Shown piece after piece: positions 1-8,979 of a DNA stretch of 64,000 nt. A program made the position numbers and the translations under genes. Position 1 is the stretch's first letter, and each line of letters begins with the position of its first letter. The DNA is from an uncultured Mycoplasmatota bacterium. Lineage in GTDB: Bacteria > Bacillota_I > Bacilli_A > RF39 > UBA660. The notes under the pieces were generated by a model that was given only the letters and a program-made list of their open reading frames with translations, ran no database searches and was not told where the DNA came from. Location of the stretch: the NCBI GenBank assembly GCA_947649365.1, contig CANSRH010000007.1, positions 854-64,853 on the forward strand. The letters run 5' to 3'.

Positions 1-1336
1 CAAAAATTTCACTTTTCCAAATACTTCCAGGATCCACTTCATAATCTTTCATCAAATAATTAATTAACTCTTTACTTTGTAATTCACTACCAATAATCGG
101 TTCAAAAGTAGATTCCACATTTACTTTCATTAAATGAATACTAGAAGCAACCGCTTTTAATTTCACTCCATAGCGAGAGCCTTGTTTTATTATTTCTGGA
201 GTAGACAACGTCATATCCTTTAAGCTGGGATACACTATACCATAGCCAGTACTTTTTGCCATACGTAAAGCTTCTTTCATTCCATCTAACTCTTCTTTTC
301 CCTCTTTGTAACTTGCAAATATTTTAAGAAGTCCGGCTTTCGACATAACCATATCTCCCATTAAATCTTTTAAAACTTGGTTATAAAGCTCATCACTACT
401 CTCCAAAGTAATAGTTACATTTCCAGTAGAAGTATCTACTTCACTAATATAACTTTTGGAAATAATTTCACTATCAGCAAACGAACCCAAAATGGTATCC
501 ACATCACGAATTTTATTAACAGCAACAACACTTTCCTTTATTTTTTCTAAATAATACTTTTTGATATAGTGTTCCTGATCCAAAACATGTACCCACTTTG
601 GAATTTCCACTTGAATATTCAATACAGGAAACTCATACAAAGCTTCTTTTAACACATTTAAAATCTCTGGTTCTTCCATTTCTGTTGCATTCAAAGGTAC
701 AACAGGTACATCATAAGTGGAACGCAATTCATTGGCAAGTGTAATGGCACTGGAACTCTCTTTATTTTTTGTATTCAAAACAACAATAAAAGGTTTTCCA
801 AGCTCTTTTAGTTCACTAACAATTCGTTCTTCTGCTTCCACATAATTTTCTCTTGGAATCTCTCCAAATGTTCCATCGGTTGTCATAACAATACCGATGG
901 TCGCATGGTCTTTAATTACTTTTTCCGTTCCTATCTCAGCAGCTTCATAAAAAGGAACAGAATCTTCAAACCAAGGGGTTTTCACCATTCTAGGATTTCC
1001 ATCTTCATCCACATGCCCATTAGCACCCTTAATAACAAAACCAACACAATCCACTAATTTAATATTGGTAGAAAATTCTCCGACTTGAATATTCGCTCCA
1101 CTACTAGGAACAAATTTTGGTTCCGTTGTCATAATGGTTTTTCCCTCTGCACTTTGAGGAATTTCATCCAAACACTTTCTTTTTTCATATTCATCAGAAA
1201 TATTGGGAACCACCAAATTTTCAATAAAACGTTTTATAAAAGTAGATTTACCACAACGTACCGCTCCAACAACACCTAAATATATTTCTCCATTACCTCG
1301 AGTAGCAATGGATTGAATAATTTCACTTTTTTCCAT
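1..1336 (-). CDS. spoIVA: Stage IV sporulation protein A (N-terminal ~445 aa; C-terminus lies beyond the window start)
   Basis: Reverse-complement translation from the ATG at 1334-1336 gives MEKSEIIQSIATRGNGEIYLGVVGAVRCGKSTFIKRFIENLVVPN, which matches the SpoIVA N-terminus and its Walker A GxxxxGKST motif. The frame stays open to position 1. It is absent from the ORF track because it runs off the window edge. Confidence 0.85.
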   Translation of the reverse strand, partial: MEKSEIIQSIATRGNGEIYLGVVGAVRCGKSTFIKRFIENLVVPNISDEYEKRKCLDEIPQSAEGKTIMTTEPKFVPSSGANIQVGEFSTNIKLVDCVGFVIKGANGHVDEDGNPRMVKTPWFEDSVPFYEAAEIGTEKVIKDHATIGIVMTTDGTFGEIPRENYVEAEERIVSELKELGKPFIVVLNTKNKESSSAITLANELRSTYDVPVVPLNATEMEEPEILNVLKEALYEFPVLNIQVEIPKWVHVLDQEHYIKKYYLEKIKESVVAVNKIRDVDTILGSFADSEIISKSYISEVDTSTGNVTITLESSDELYNQVLKDLMGDMVMSKAGLLKIFASYKEGKEELDGMKEALRMAKSTGYGIVYPSLKDMTLSTPEIIKQGSRYGVKLKAVASSIHLMKVNVESTFEPIIGSELQSKELINYLMKDYEVDPGSIWKSEIF

Positions 1337-1406
1337 ATTACTAATCCTTTCATCTTTTCTAATTAACCCTATGAAAAAAGAAAGCCATTTAGAACTTTCT
1401 TCTTGT

Positions 1407-2246
1407 TTATTTTCCCCGACAACATTTATTAGTAGCATATAAATGCTTAACAATATCCTTCTTTAAACTTTGCGCTCCCAAAGGTAGAAAAACACCTAAA
1501 TCGCTCTCAATCTCTTTCGAACAAGTACAAGCACGCTCTAAATATTCATAAAATAATTCTACTTCCCATGTATCAGCACGTTTTAAAAATTTTTCAAGAG
1601 TAGTCTTTGGATGCTCTTTTGTATCATACGTAAAAAATCGTTTCAAAGTAAAATAATTTTCTCCACCTTTAAAATCATTATAATTAATATCTCTTCCACA
1701 GCTTCCGAAATCATACAAGAGCAAAAATTGACAAATTTCTTCATCAAAATCTAAATTTTTAGCATTTAAATCAGGATTAGCAAACAATATAGAAGAAATA
1801 AATTTAATAAGTAAATTTTGATATACCTTATCAAACACAAAAGATGTATTTTCTTTATATCTATTTTTTAAAAGACTCAAAAGAGTATCTATATTAAGCA
1901 TACGATAATAAAGTGTTTCTTTCTCACAATTTTTATAATTTACTAAATAGTCCATAAGAAGATTTTTAATAGAAAGAGGATTATTTTTCGTACATCTTTT
2001 TGTAATAACTCCTTTTTTTCCTTTATAAACTGCCAAATCATAACCAACATTGGGAATTTCTATTTTGGTTGCAAATCTAGAATAAACTAACTCCCGATAG
2101 CAAGAAAGAATTGTTCCATAATGTTTGAATAAAAATATATCTTTATCTTCTAACCAACAATTCGCATAAACTCCTCTAGAAATGCAATCATCATCAGGAA
2201 GTTTTTTATAATCATCAATAACTAAAAATCCATCTTTTCTTTCCAT
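1407..2246 (-). CDS. Hypothetical protein, possibly kinase-like (APH/CotS-like catalytic-loop pattern)
   Basis: The 279-aa ORF contains NPDLNAKNL followed by LLLYDFGSCGRD, which resembles the catalytic loop and DFG-type metal-binding motif of small-molecule/CotS-type kinases. The family assignment is tentative. Confidence 0.4.
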   Translation of the reverse strand: MERKDGFLVIDDYKKLPDDDCISRGVYANCWLEDKDIFLFKHYGTILSCYRELVYSRFATKIEIPNVGYDLAVYKGKKGVITKRCTKNNPLSIKNLLMDYLVNYKNCEKETLYYRMLNIDTLLSLLKNRYKENTSFVFDKVYQNLLIKFISSILFANPDLNAKNLDFDEEICQFLLLYDFGSCGRDINYNDFKGGENYFTLKRFFTYDTKEHPKTTLEKFLKRADTWEVELFYEYLERACTCSKEIESDLGVFLPLGAQSLKKDIVKHLYATNKCCRGK

Positions 2247-2311
2247 AAATTCCTCTTTTTCAAACTATTATACTTATTTTTTTTACTTTTACAATAAAAA
2301 AGATAGAATCT

Positions 2312-2881
2312 CTATCTCAAATAAGGAAGTAAAAATTCTGCTTCTTGATACCCGGACTCGCTATTCAAATGTCCTCCACTTGAAATCAAAATCTCTTTTG
2401 TTGCAATACATGTAGCAAACTCTTTTTCTACTTCCATCGTTACATAAGGATCATTATCCGTATAAAAACAAACAATATCATCACAATACTCTTTTATTTT
2501 TTCTAAATCATTTGTATACATCGAACCATTTACAATATCGTATTCTTCATTAATTCCAAGATAATTATTGAATCCACAAACAAACAGTAACTTTTTCACT
2601 TTCACTTGATGTTCAATTAAAAATTTACATACAAACACTGGAGCAATAGAATGTGCAACAAACGTTGTATTTTCATGAATAAGCCCTGCTTCCAAATAAA
2701 CACGCAATAACATCTCCCAGTTTTTATAATTTTGAAATTCAACTCCAATAGGAAAATCAGGAGTATAAACATTTTCTCTATTCTCTAATTTTTTCCGAAG
2801 CCAAGGAATCCAGTTTCCAAACGGACTTCCAAAACTACCATGAATTAAAAAATAATTATCTTTCATATAGTTATCTCTCAC
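2312..2881 (-). CDS. Alpha/beta serine hydrolase (YdeN/RBBP9-like)
   Basis: The 189-aa ORF has FLIHGSFGSPFGNW near the N-terminus, a nucleophile-elbow-like HSIAP and a C-terminal GGHLN, the usual layout of the Ser_hydrolase family. Confidence 0.55.
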   Translation of the reverse strand: MRDNYMKDNYFLIHGSFGSPFGNWIPWLRKKLENRENVYTPDFPIGVEFQNYKNWEMLLRVYLEAGLIHENTTFVAHSIAPVFVCKFLIEHQVKVKKLLFVCGFNNYLGINEEYDIVNGSMYTNDLEKIKEYCDDIVCFYTDNDPYVTMEVEKEFATCIATKEILISSGGHLNSESGYQEAEFLLPYLR

Positions 2882-2966
2882 TTTCTAAAACATTCATTTT
2901 CTCAAGTAATAAGTGCCTTCACTTTTAGAAAAAAAATATATGATAATAAAAGTATAACATAAAATA

Positions 2967-3164
2967 CTATTCAAAAAAAATATCGTCTGGTTTTAGGTTA
3001 AAAATAATAGCTATACGTTTTGCCATATCGTAATAAAGTCGTCTTTTTTTATGTTCAATTTGCCAATAAAAACATTTACTAATTCCTAACATTTCTGCCA
3101 TTTCTTCATAACTATATTTTTTTTCTTTTCGAATTTTAGTCAATTTTATATAACTACTTCCCAT
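2967..3164 (-). CDS. Small XRE-family HTH transcriptional regulator
   Basis: The 65-aa protein has an HTH core EEMAEMLGISKCFYWQIE. It is a close paralog of the 4017..4277 gene product. Confidence 0.6.
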   Translation of the reverse strand: MGSSYIKLTKIRKEKKYSYEEMAEMLGISKCFYWQIEHKKRRLYYDMAKRIAIIFNLKPDDIFFE

Positions 3165-3278
3165 ATTTCTACCTCACCTATTATTCTTTTATTTAAATTA
3201 TAACACACTTTATTACAATAACCCACACATTTCCGTATTTTAATTCTTTTTACGAGAAAATTAGAAATAGGTGATACT

Positions 3279-3713
3279 ATGTTTGAAAGACTAAAAGAAA
3301 TACGTAATTATGAAGGGTTAACACAAGAAGAAGTAGCAAAAAAATTACAAGTAAAACGTTCTACCTATGCAGGATGGGAAAGTGGAAAAGATATTATTCC
3401 TTTACGAAAATTAAATGAGTTTGCCAACATTTTTCATATTACCTTAGATTCCTTAGTGGGAACTTGTGACATAGAACACTCTTCATTAGAGAAAGCTTTA
3501 GATATCAACACTATCTCCAACAATTTAAAAGAATTTCGAAAACAAAAAAATCTTACTCAAGAAGAATTTGCCAATTTATTAAAAACGAGTCAAGCAAACA
3601 TTCATAAATATGAAAATGGAAAATCGCTCATTACGACTATCTATGCTCTAGAATTTTCAAAACAATGCAATTATTCCTTAGATAAATTAGTAGGAAAAAA
3701 GAAAAACAACTAA
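3279..3713 (+). CDS. XRE-family regulator with two tandem HTH domains
   Basis: Two HTH_3-like repeats are present (GLTQEEVAKKLQVKRSTYAGWESG and NLTQEEFANLLKTSQANIHKYENG). The gene is divergent from the 2967..3164 gene. Confidence 0.65.
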   Translation: MFERLKEIRNYEGLTQEEVAKKLQVKRSTYAGWESGKDIIPLRKLNEFANIFHITLDSLVGTCDIEHSSLEKALDINTISNNLKEFRKQKNLTQEEFANLLKTSQANIHKYENGKSLITTIYALEFSKQCNYSLDKLVGKKKNN

Positions 3714-3735
3714 ATAAGTATTTTAGCTGTTTTTT

Positions 3736-3978
3736 TTAAAACATTTTATCAATATTTTTAGGAACTTGATCTTTTACAATCGTATTGATAATTTTATCTT
3801 CTTTCTCCTTAGAAACCGATTTCCCAGTCATAGCACTCAAAGTAGATATAACTTCTCGTAACGTTGCTTCATCCTTCATGTTCCCAGCTTGTAACTTTTT
3901 AGCCAAACCAAGAATCGTATCTTTATCCACTTTCGTTCTCTTCTCTACTTTTTTAAAAAAATCGTCTTTAAATTCCAC
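3736..3978 (-). CDS. Stage VI sporulation protein F-like small protein
   Basis: The 80-aa ORF shows the pattern DFFKKVEKRTKV...LAKKLQ...DEATLREVISTLSAMTGKSVSKEKEDKIINTIVKDQVP, which matches the conserved layout of SpoVIF (YjcC family) proteins as recalled from memory. Confidence 0.5.
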   Translation of the reverse strand: MEFKDDFFKKVEKRTKVDKDTILGLAKKLQAGNMKDEATLREVISTLSAMTGKSVSKEKEDKIINTIVKDQVPKNIDKMF

Positions 3979-4016
3979 TCATACTCACCTAGTAGTAATA
4001 TATGAAACATGTCTAT

Positions 4017-4277
4017 TTAGTTGTCTTCTTTTTCTAGTTCTTCTGTTTCTTCATAAAAAATATCATCTGGTTTTAAATCAAAAATAGCTGCAATTTTCTT
4101 TGCCATATCATAATAAAGTCTTCGATTTTTATGTTCAATTTGCCAATAAAACGCTTTACTAATCCCTAATATTTCTGCCATATCCAAATAACTTAACCCT
4201 TTTTTTTCTCTAAGTTCTCTTAAATAATTCATACTTTTCTTTACCATAACTCTCTCTAAATGAGACTTATCATACAC
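4017..4277 (-). CDS. Small XRE-family HTH transcriptional regulator (paralog of 2967..3164)
   Basis: The 86-aa protein shares the core LGISKAFYWQIEHKNRRLYYDMAKKIAAIFDLKPDDIFYE, nearly identical to the 2967..3164 product, and adds an acidic C-terminal tail. Confidence 0.6.
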   Translation of the reverse strand: MYDKSHLERVMVKKSMNYLRELREKKGLSYLDMAEILGISKAFYWQIEHKNRRLYYDMAKKIAAIFDLKPDDIFYEETEELEKEDN

Positions 4278-4371
4278 GAATTTTAAGGTAATGTCAATTT
4301 TGTATAGTTATAGTATGGTGGACTTATGCTTTACGAATTCTTATATTTTATGTAGTAAAGGAGTACCAGTT

Positions 4372-4644
4372 ATGACTATACAAAAAATAGTTGGAAACAA
4401 TTTAAAATATTATCGTTTTCGATCAGGATTATCACAAGAAAAATATTACGAACAATTTGATCTAAACTACAAATACTTGGCAAGCGTAGAACGTGGGGAA
4501 GTCAATGTATCTATTGAATTTTTAGATAAATTGGCTAAATTATTAAAAATAGACATTCGTGAATTCTTTAATCCAGACGAAACGAGATATATTGCTAAGA
4601 AAAGAATTGATGAAAAGGGAAAAGAAGATTGGATACACAATTAA
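4372..4644 (+). CDS. XRE-family HTH transcriptional regulator
   Basis: An HTH motif is present (LSQEKYYEQFDLNYKYLASVERGEVNVSIEFLDKLAKLLK). The likely start is the internal ATG at 4372, preceded by AAAGGAG. The ORF track begins the ORF at 4291. Confidence 0.55.
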   Translation: MTIQKIVGNNLKYYRFRSGLSQEKYYEQFDLNYKYLASVERGEVNVSIEFLDKLAKLLKIDIREFFNPDETRYIAKKRIDEKGKEDWIHN

Positions 4645-5945
4645 TCTTCTTTTTTATTTTTAAACTTTAATAAAATAGGAGTACCTGTAAAATCAAAATT
4701 TTCTCGAATTTTATTTTCTAAATACCTCGCATAGCTGAAATGAACCAATCCTTTATTATTTACCTTAAACTCAAACTTAGGAGGTTCTTTATCAATCTGA
4801 CTGACAAAATAAATTTTTAAACGTTTTCCTTTATAAGAAGGAGGCTCATGCATAGAAACAGCATCAACAATAACACTATTTAAATCACTCGTTTTGATTT
4901 CTTTTCTATTGTTTTGATAAGATTCTATAATAGCAGGCATAAGCGTTGCCAATCTTTTTTTCGTTTTTGCAGAAACAAAAACAAACGAAGCATAACTTGC
5001 AAACATAAAATGAGAAGCTAAATTTTTCTTCCAATCCTTAATTGCCTGATCAGGATTTTCGATCGTATCCCATTTGTTAACACAAATAACAATACCTTTC
5101 CCAGCTTCAATCGCATACGACAAAATATGTTTGTCATGTTCCAATATTCCTTCTTCTGCATTCACAACCAAAACACAAACATGACTTCGTTCAATAGCTT
5201 TTAAACTACGAAGCAAACTATACTTTTCTATCGTTTCATAAATACGTCCTCTTTTACGCATTCCTGCCGTATCGATCATAACATATTCTTCTTTATTATA
5301 AAAAAAGGGAGTATCCGTCGCATCACGAGTTGTACCAGCAACCTCACTTACAATGACACGTTCTTCATTTAGTAAAGCATTAATTAAACTACTCTTTCCT
5401 ACGTTAGGTCGTCCAATAAAACAAAATTTCAAACGAGTATCTTCTTCTTGTTCATTATCAGAAAACTCTTTTGTAATTTCATCTAGCAATGCTTCAAATC
5501 CTAAATTATGCGAAGCACTAATAGGTAATACACAAGAAAATCCAAGTTCATAAAATTGATAAAGCATATCTCTTCGTTTTTCATTATCCACTTTATTAAC
5601 AGCAACAATTACCTTTTTATTTGTCTTCATTAACATATCGCGAATCCGTAAATCACTACTACTAATTTCTTCTTTGGCATCCACAACAAAAACAATCACA
5701 TCTGCTTCATCAATGGCAAGTGTCGCTTGCATTAAAATATCTTTATTCCAATTGTCTTTTCCTTCTTCTAACCCACCTGTATCAATCAGTAGAAACGATT
5801 TAGTACCATACGATACTTTTCCATAAATACGATCTCGAGTGACACCAGGAGTATCCAAAACAATGGATTTATCTTCTTTAATCAAATGATTAAATATCGT
5901 CGATTTTCCTACATTGGGTTTTCCAATTAAACACACCGTTGGCAT
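4641..5945 (-). CDS. der: Ribosome-biogenesis GTPase Der (EngA), two GTPase domains plus KH-like C-terminus
   Basis: The protein begins MPTVCLIGKPNVGKSTIFN and has a second G-domain with GRPNVGKSSLINALL, the characteristic double-GTPase architecture. Confidence 0.9.
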   Translation of the reverse strand: MPTVCLIGKPNVGKSTIFNHLIKEDKSIVLDTPGVTRDRIYGKVSYGTKSFLLIDTGGLEEGKDNWNKDILMQATLAIDEADVIVFVVDAKEEISSSDLRIRDMLMKTNKKVIVAVNKVDNEKRRDMLYQFYELGFSCVLPISASHNLGFEALLDEITKEFSDNEQEEDTRLKFCFIGRPNVGKSSLINALLNEERVIVSEVAGTTRDATDTPFFYNKEEYVMIDTAGMRKRGRIYETIEKYSLLRSLKAIERSHVCVLVVNAEEGILEHDKHILSYAIEAGKGIVICVNKWDTIENPDQAIKDWKKNLASHFMFASYASFVFVSAKTKKRLATLMPAIIESYQNNRKEIKTSDLNSVIVDAVSMHEPPSYKGKRLKIYFVSQIDKEPPKFEFKVNNKGLVHFSYARYLENKIRENFDFTGTPILLKFKNKKED

Positions 5946-5988
5946 AAAAATCCCCCATTTCTTTAAAGTGATATACTACCATGAAAGA

Positions 5989-6420
5989 CTACTTTCCACA
6001 AGTAGTTTTCACTTCCTCATTGAAAGACACATACACACGGTTGTATTTTACATAAATAGTAAAAGACATATGATAAAGATCACTACTTTTTTTATTTCTA
6101 GGATCTACAATAAAAGGTTCTTCATTCTGATCTTTACGCAAATACCCAGATTCCACTAATGTTTTTACCTCTAAGGTTTTACTTTTAAACTGTTCTTCTC
6201 CTTGAACAAACCAATCTACAAAACTATCACGATGATCTTCTCCATAAAGTTGCGCCGCAGTCTCAATAGAATCAATTTTTGAACAAAACATTTTTTCCTT
6301 TAATCGATTCGATATACTAAATGTACTTGGAACAGCAACAGCAACCAAAAGTGCCATAATTACAATGACTCCAAGCAACTCTACCAATGTAAAACCTTTT
6401 TTATTTTTCATTATTTTCAC
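5989..6420 (-). CDS. Prepilin-type N-terminal cleavage/methylation domain protein (type IV pilin / pseudopilin-like)
   Basis: The N-terminus MKIMKNKKGFTLVELLGVIVIMALLVAV is a class III signal peptide with the G/FTLxE motif. No pilus assembly genes are adjacent. Confidence 0.6.
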   Translation of the reverse strand: MKIMKNKKGFTLVELLGVIVIMALLVAVAVPSTFSISNRLKEKMFCSKIDSIETAAQLYGEDHRDSFVDWFVQGEEQFKSKTLEVKTLVESGYLRKDQNEEPFIVDPRNKKSSDLYHMSFTIYVKYNRVYVSFNEEVKTTCGK

Positions 6421-6527
6421 CTTAGTAAAAGTCTATCATAAAAAAAGAAAGGAGTAAATTAATTACTAGCGATTTAACATTCTTTGACGAAATGTTCCCT
6501 TCCAATATTTTCCCAAAAAAAAGAACC

Positions 6528-6776
6528 TTAAAAAGATTCTATATTAATGTTAACACGTTTTTTATCATGCAAATAAGAATAAGCTTGCACAAGTGTTCGA
6601 ATAGCTTTGGCAGTATTACCAGATTTTCCAATAACTGCTCCCATGTCGTCTTCTTTCACTAAAACTTCCAAACGGATAGTATCTTCTGTACTACCTATCT
6701 CTTTTACACTCACCATGTCGGCATTTTTAGCAACACTTTTTACTAAAAAAAGAGTATAATCCACTACACTATCCAT
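6528..6776 (-). CDS. KH-domain RNA-binding protein (YlqC/UPF0109 family)
   Basis: The 82-aa protein has GAVIGKSGNTAKAIRTLV, a KH GxxG loop. It overlaps the rpsP stop by one nucleotide (TAATG), consistent with the conserved rpsP-ylqC arrangement. Confidence 0.7.
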   Translation of the reverse strand: MDSVVDYTLFLVKSVAKNADMVSVKEIGSTEDTIRLEVLVKEDDMGAVIGKSGNTAKAIRTLVQAYSYLHDKKRVNINIESF

Positions 6777-7051
6777 TATTTACCTGCTTTTTTAGATTCT
6801 GCAAATTTTTTCATAATACCTTCTTTTGAAAGAATAGTACGTACAGTTTCTGTAGGAATAGCTCCATTTTTTAACCAATACATTGCTTTTTCCTCATCAA
6901 TTTTTGTTTCTGCTGGACTTGTAATAGGATTGTAAGTTCCAACTATTTCTAAAAAACGTCCATCTCTAGGAAATCTAGAATCAGCAGCAACAATACGATA
7001 AAAAGGTCTTTGTTTTGCCCCCATTCTCTTTAATCTTAACTTAACAGCCAT
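6776..7051 (-). CDS. rpsP: 30S ribosomal protein S16
   Basis: The sequence [42 protein letters not shown] is the canonical S16 N-terminus. The start was chosen at the internal ATG preceded by GGAGA; the ORF-track start at 7108 adds a spurious extension. Confidence 0.9.
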   Translation of the reverse strand: MAVKLRLKRMGAKQRPFYRIVAADSRFPRDGRFLEIVGTYNPITSPAETKIDEEKAMYWLKNGAIPTETVRTILSKEGIMKKFAESKKAGK

Positions 7052-7121
7052 AATCTCTCCTCCTTTAATTTTTTCTACTATACCACAACGAGAAAATAGT
7101 GTCAACATAATTTGGTTGACA

Positions 7122-7658
7122 CTACTTCAAATATTCCTCATCAATTTGTTCAATTGCCTCTTCACTGGCATCACTTAAAATATCCTCATCACTAATTACT
7201 TCGTAATCATCTTCCTCTTCCTCAATAGAAACTTTAATTTTAGTATCTCCTACGACTTCTACCCCAAGTTCCTTTTCAACATTTAGCTGAACAATTCCAT
7301 CATTCACTGTTACATTCGTAACGGTTGGTTGTTTTAAACTTCGAACAATAATTTCTTCATTATTTGTTAAAGTAGCATTATCTTTTAAACGAACAGGCAT
7401 TTTATCTTGATAAGTAAACGTTTGTGTACTCACTGCTGTTCTAGTATCATTATCATAAGAATACCAAACATTGACATCAAAACTTCCATCAATATTTACA
7501 ATTCCACCATTATTAATCCCATTAAAATGATGATTAATCACCCAACATCCTAAAATAGTATCTGGTTTTAGTTCTGGTGTAATTGAAAATGCATTTACGC
7601 TTGTTTTCTTAGCTTTTCCAATAATTGCTTTTGTCACAATTTCTTTAAAACTAGCCAT
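7122..7658 (-). CDS. cotE: Outer spore coat morphogenetic protein CotE
   Basis: [18 protein letters not shown]...[11 protein letters not shown]...DVNVWYSY...acidic C-terminal tail aligns along its length with Bacillus subtilis CotE (MSEYREIITKAVVAKGRK...ILGGWIINHKY...DINVWYSY...acidic tail). Confidence 0.8.
   Translation of the reverse strand: MASFKEIVTKAIIGKAKKTSVNAFSITPELKPDTILGCWVINHHFNGINNGGIVNIDGSFDVNVWYSYDNDTRTAVSTQTFTYQDKMPVRLKDNATLTNNEEIIVRSLKQPTVTNVTVNDGIVQLNVEKELGVEVVGDTKIKVSIEEEEDDYEVISDEDILSDASEEAIEQIDEEYLK
7620..7645 (-). promoter_or_regulatory. Candidate sporulation-sigma (SigE/SigK-type) -10 element upstream of cotE
   Basis: The minus strand reads GGTGCATACATTAAAATAGAGGAGGG, then 9 nt, then the ATG. 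CATACATTA fits the CATACA-T / CATAnnnTA -10 consensus of mother-cell sigma factors; it lies inside the annotated cotE ORF (plus 7629-7637), so it fits only if translation starts at the internal Met at 7622. The -35 element was not convincingly identified. Confidence 0.3.
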
Positions 7659-7766
7659 TTGTAACCCTCCTCTATTTTAATGTATGCACCCCACCCAAAT
7701 TTGTGCACTAGAGTTTGTTTTTTATTAAAATCTATGTTAAGATATAATGCAAAAAAGGAGAATTTT

Positions 7767-8546
7767 ATGAAAAAAGAAAACACACTTAAATTGAAAGAAA
7801 GAAAGAAAGAAAGAAAGAAAGAAAATAAACCTTTAAAAACAAGAATAAAAATAACAATCGCTGGACTGAGTGCAATTGCTACACTGCTTTGCGGTTGTGG
7901 AAATAAAGATACACGTATTGATAACATCGATAAATACTATATACTTCGAGTTGCTGATGAGAGTGGTACAAAAAATAATATCGTTTACACCATTGATAAT
8001 CGTATAGCTAATCATAACGACTGGTGGATAGATGGAAAAATTTACTCTTATAGTGAAAATTATTACGAAAAAGGTACTTACTCCTCACTTGAAAAATTTT
8101 CACCTATCCAATTTATTCCTTATACAGAAATTTTAGAAAAAGATACTTATTATAAACATAATGTGGCAAATAATACAGAAAACCAAGCATTTATGGCACA
8201 TGCCTTAGAAACATATGCTTTTCCAACACACATAATTTATACTTTTGGAGAAACAACTTATGAATATCAGAGCCACGTATATGAAATCGAAAATCAATTA
8301 ACAGAGGAAAAACGTTTCGTAATTGGCTATCCATTAATTCCAGAAGAAACAAACCCAACCCAAATCTATGATGCACTAACAGCAAGTTTTATTTATATAC
8401 AAACGAACGAATTAGCCACTACTATTCCTTCTGAATTGGAGAAAATGGAAACTTTCACGCTTGAAGAAGGACGTACAATACTAGATAATATTGTTGCATT
8501 TGAAAACAATGCTATTTCTAGAAATCAAAACCTTGAAAATAAGTAA
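7767..8546 (+). CDS. Putative lipoprotein of unknown function carrying a (GAAA)8 tract near its 5' end
   Basis: The ATG at 7767 is preceded by AAAAAGGAGA. The N-terminus MKKENTLKLKERKKERKKENKPLKTRIKITIAGLSAIATLLCGCGN has a long basic n-region, an h-region and a Cys-containing lipobox-like LLCGC. The ORF track extends the ORF to 7680 without RBS support. Confidence 0.55.
   Translation: MKKENTLKLKERKKERKKENKPLKTRIKITIAGLSAIATLLCGCGNKDTRIDNIDKYYILRVADESGTKNNIVYTIDNRIANHNDWWIDGKIYSYSENYYEKGTYSSLEKFSPIQFIPYTEILEKDTYYKHNVANNTENQAFMAHALETYAFPTHIIYTFGETTYEYQSHVYEIENQLTEEKRFVIGYPLIPEETNPTQIYDALTASFIYIQTNELATTIPSELEKMETFTLEEGRTILDNIVAFENNAISRNQNLENK
7793..7824 (+). repeat. Perfect tetranucleotide repeat (GAAA)8 inside the lipoprotein CDS (codons 10-19)
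   Basis: Counted directly in the sequence: eight uninterrupted GAAA units that encode KERKKERKKE. Confidence 0.9.
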
Positions 8547-8598
8547 TAAACAAAATATATAATTTTTATGTTATCATCATTAATAGGAGATGAAAAAA

Positions 8599-8955
8599 AT
8601 GGATTGTTTATTTTGTAAAATTATAAAAGGAGAAATACCTGCCTATAAGATATATGAAGACGAAAAAGTCATTGCTTTTTTGGATATACATCCTAAGAAA
8701 AATGGGCATACATTAATTATTCCCAAAAAACATTTTGAAGACTTTACTAAAATCGATAGTGAAACTTTATTACATATTAATAAGATAAGCAAAAACATTG
8801 TTGCTCTACTAAAAGAAAAATTAAATGCGACTGGTTTTTGCATTAATACAAATTATCTAGATATGCAAGAAATCAAACACTATCATTTACACATTGTTCC
8901 AAACACAAAAGAAAAATTAAAAGAAGTAGAAGAAATTTATAACAAACTAAAATAG
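8599..8955 (+). CDS. HIT-family (histidine triad) nucleotide hydrolase
   Basis: The motifs DCLFCKIIKGEIP and IKHYHLHIVP (HxHxHxx) identify the family. The start at 8599 has AGGAG nine nucleotides upstream; the ATG at 8590 is an alternative start. Confidence 0.75.
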   Translation: MDCLFCKIIKGEIPAYKIYEDEKVIAFLDIHPKKNGHTLIIPKKHFEDFTKIDSETLLHINKISKNIVALLKEKLNATGFCINTNYLDMQEIKHYHLHIVPNTKEKLKEVEEIYNKLK

Positions 8956-8979
8956 TAACTTTTCGTTACTATTTTCTTT

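Noticed and set aside
1085-1279. Plus-strand 64-aa ORF
   Set aside because: It is antisense to the spoIVA coding region.
3785-4087. Plus-strand 100-aa ORF antisense to the spoVIF-like gene
   Set aside because: It lies entirely within, and antisense to, a better-supported gene. The sequence is low-complexity and hydrophobic, typical of AT-rich antisense frames.
7634-7927. Minus-strand 97-aa ORF across the lipoprotein 5' end
   Set aside because: It is antisense to the lipoprotein start. Its sequence is dominated by FLSFF repeats produced by reading the (GAAA)8 tract backwards.
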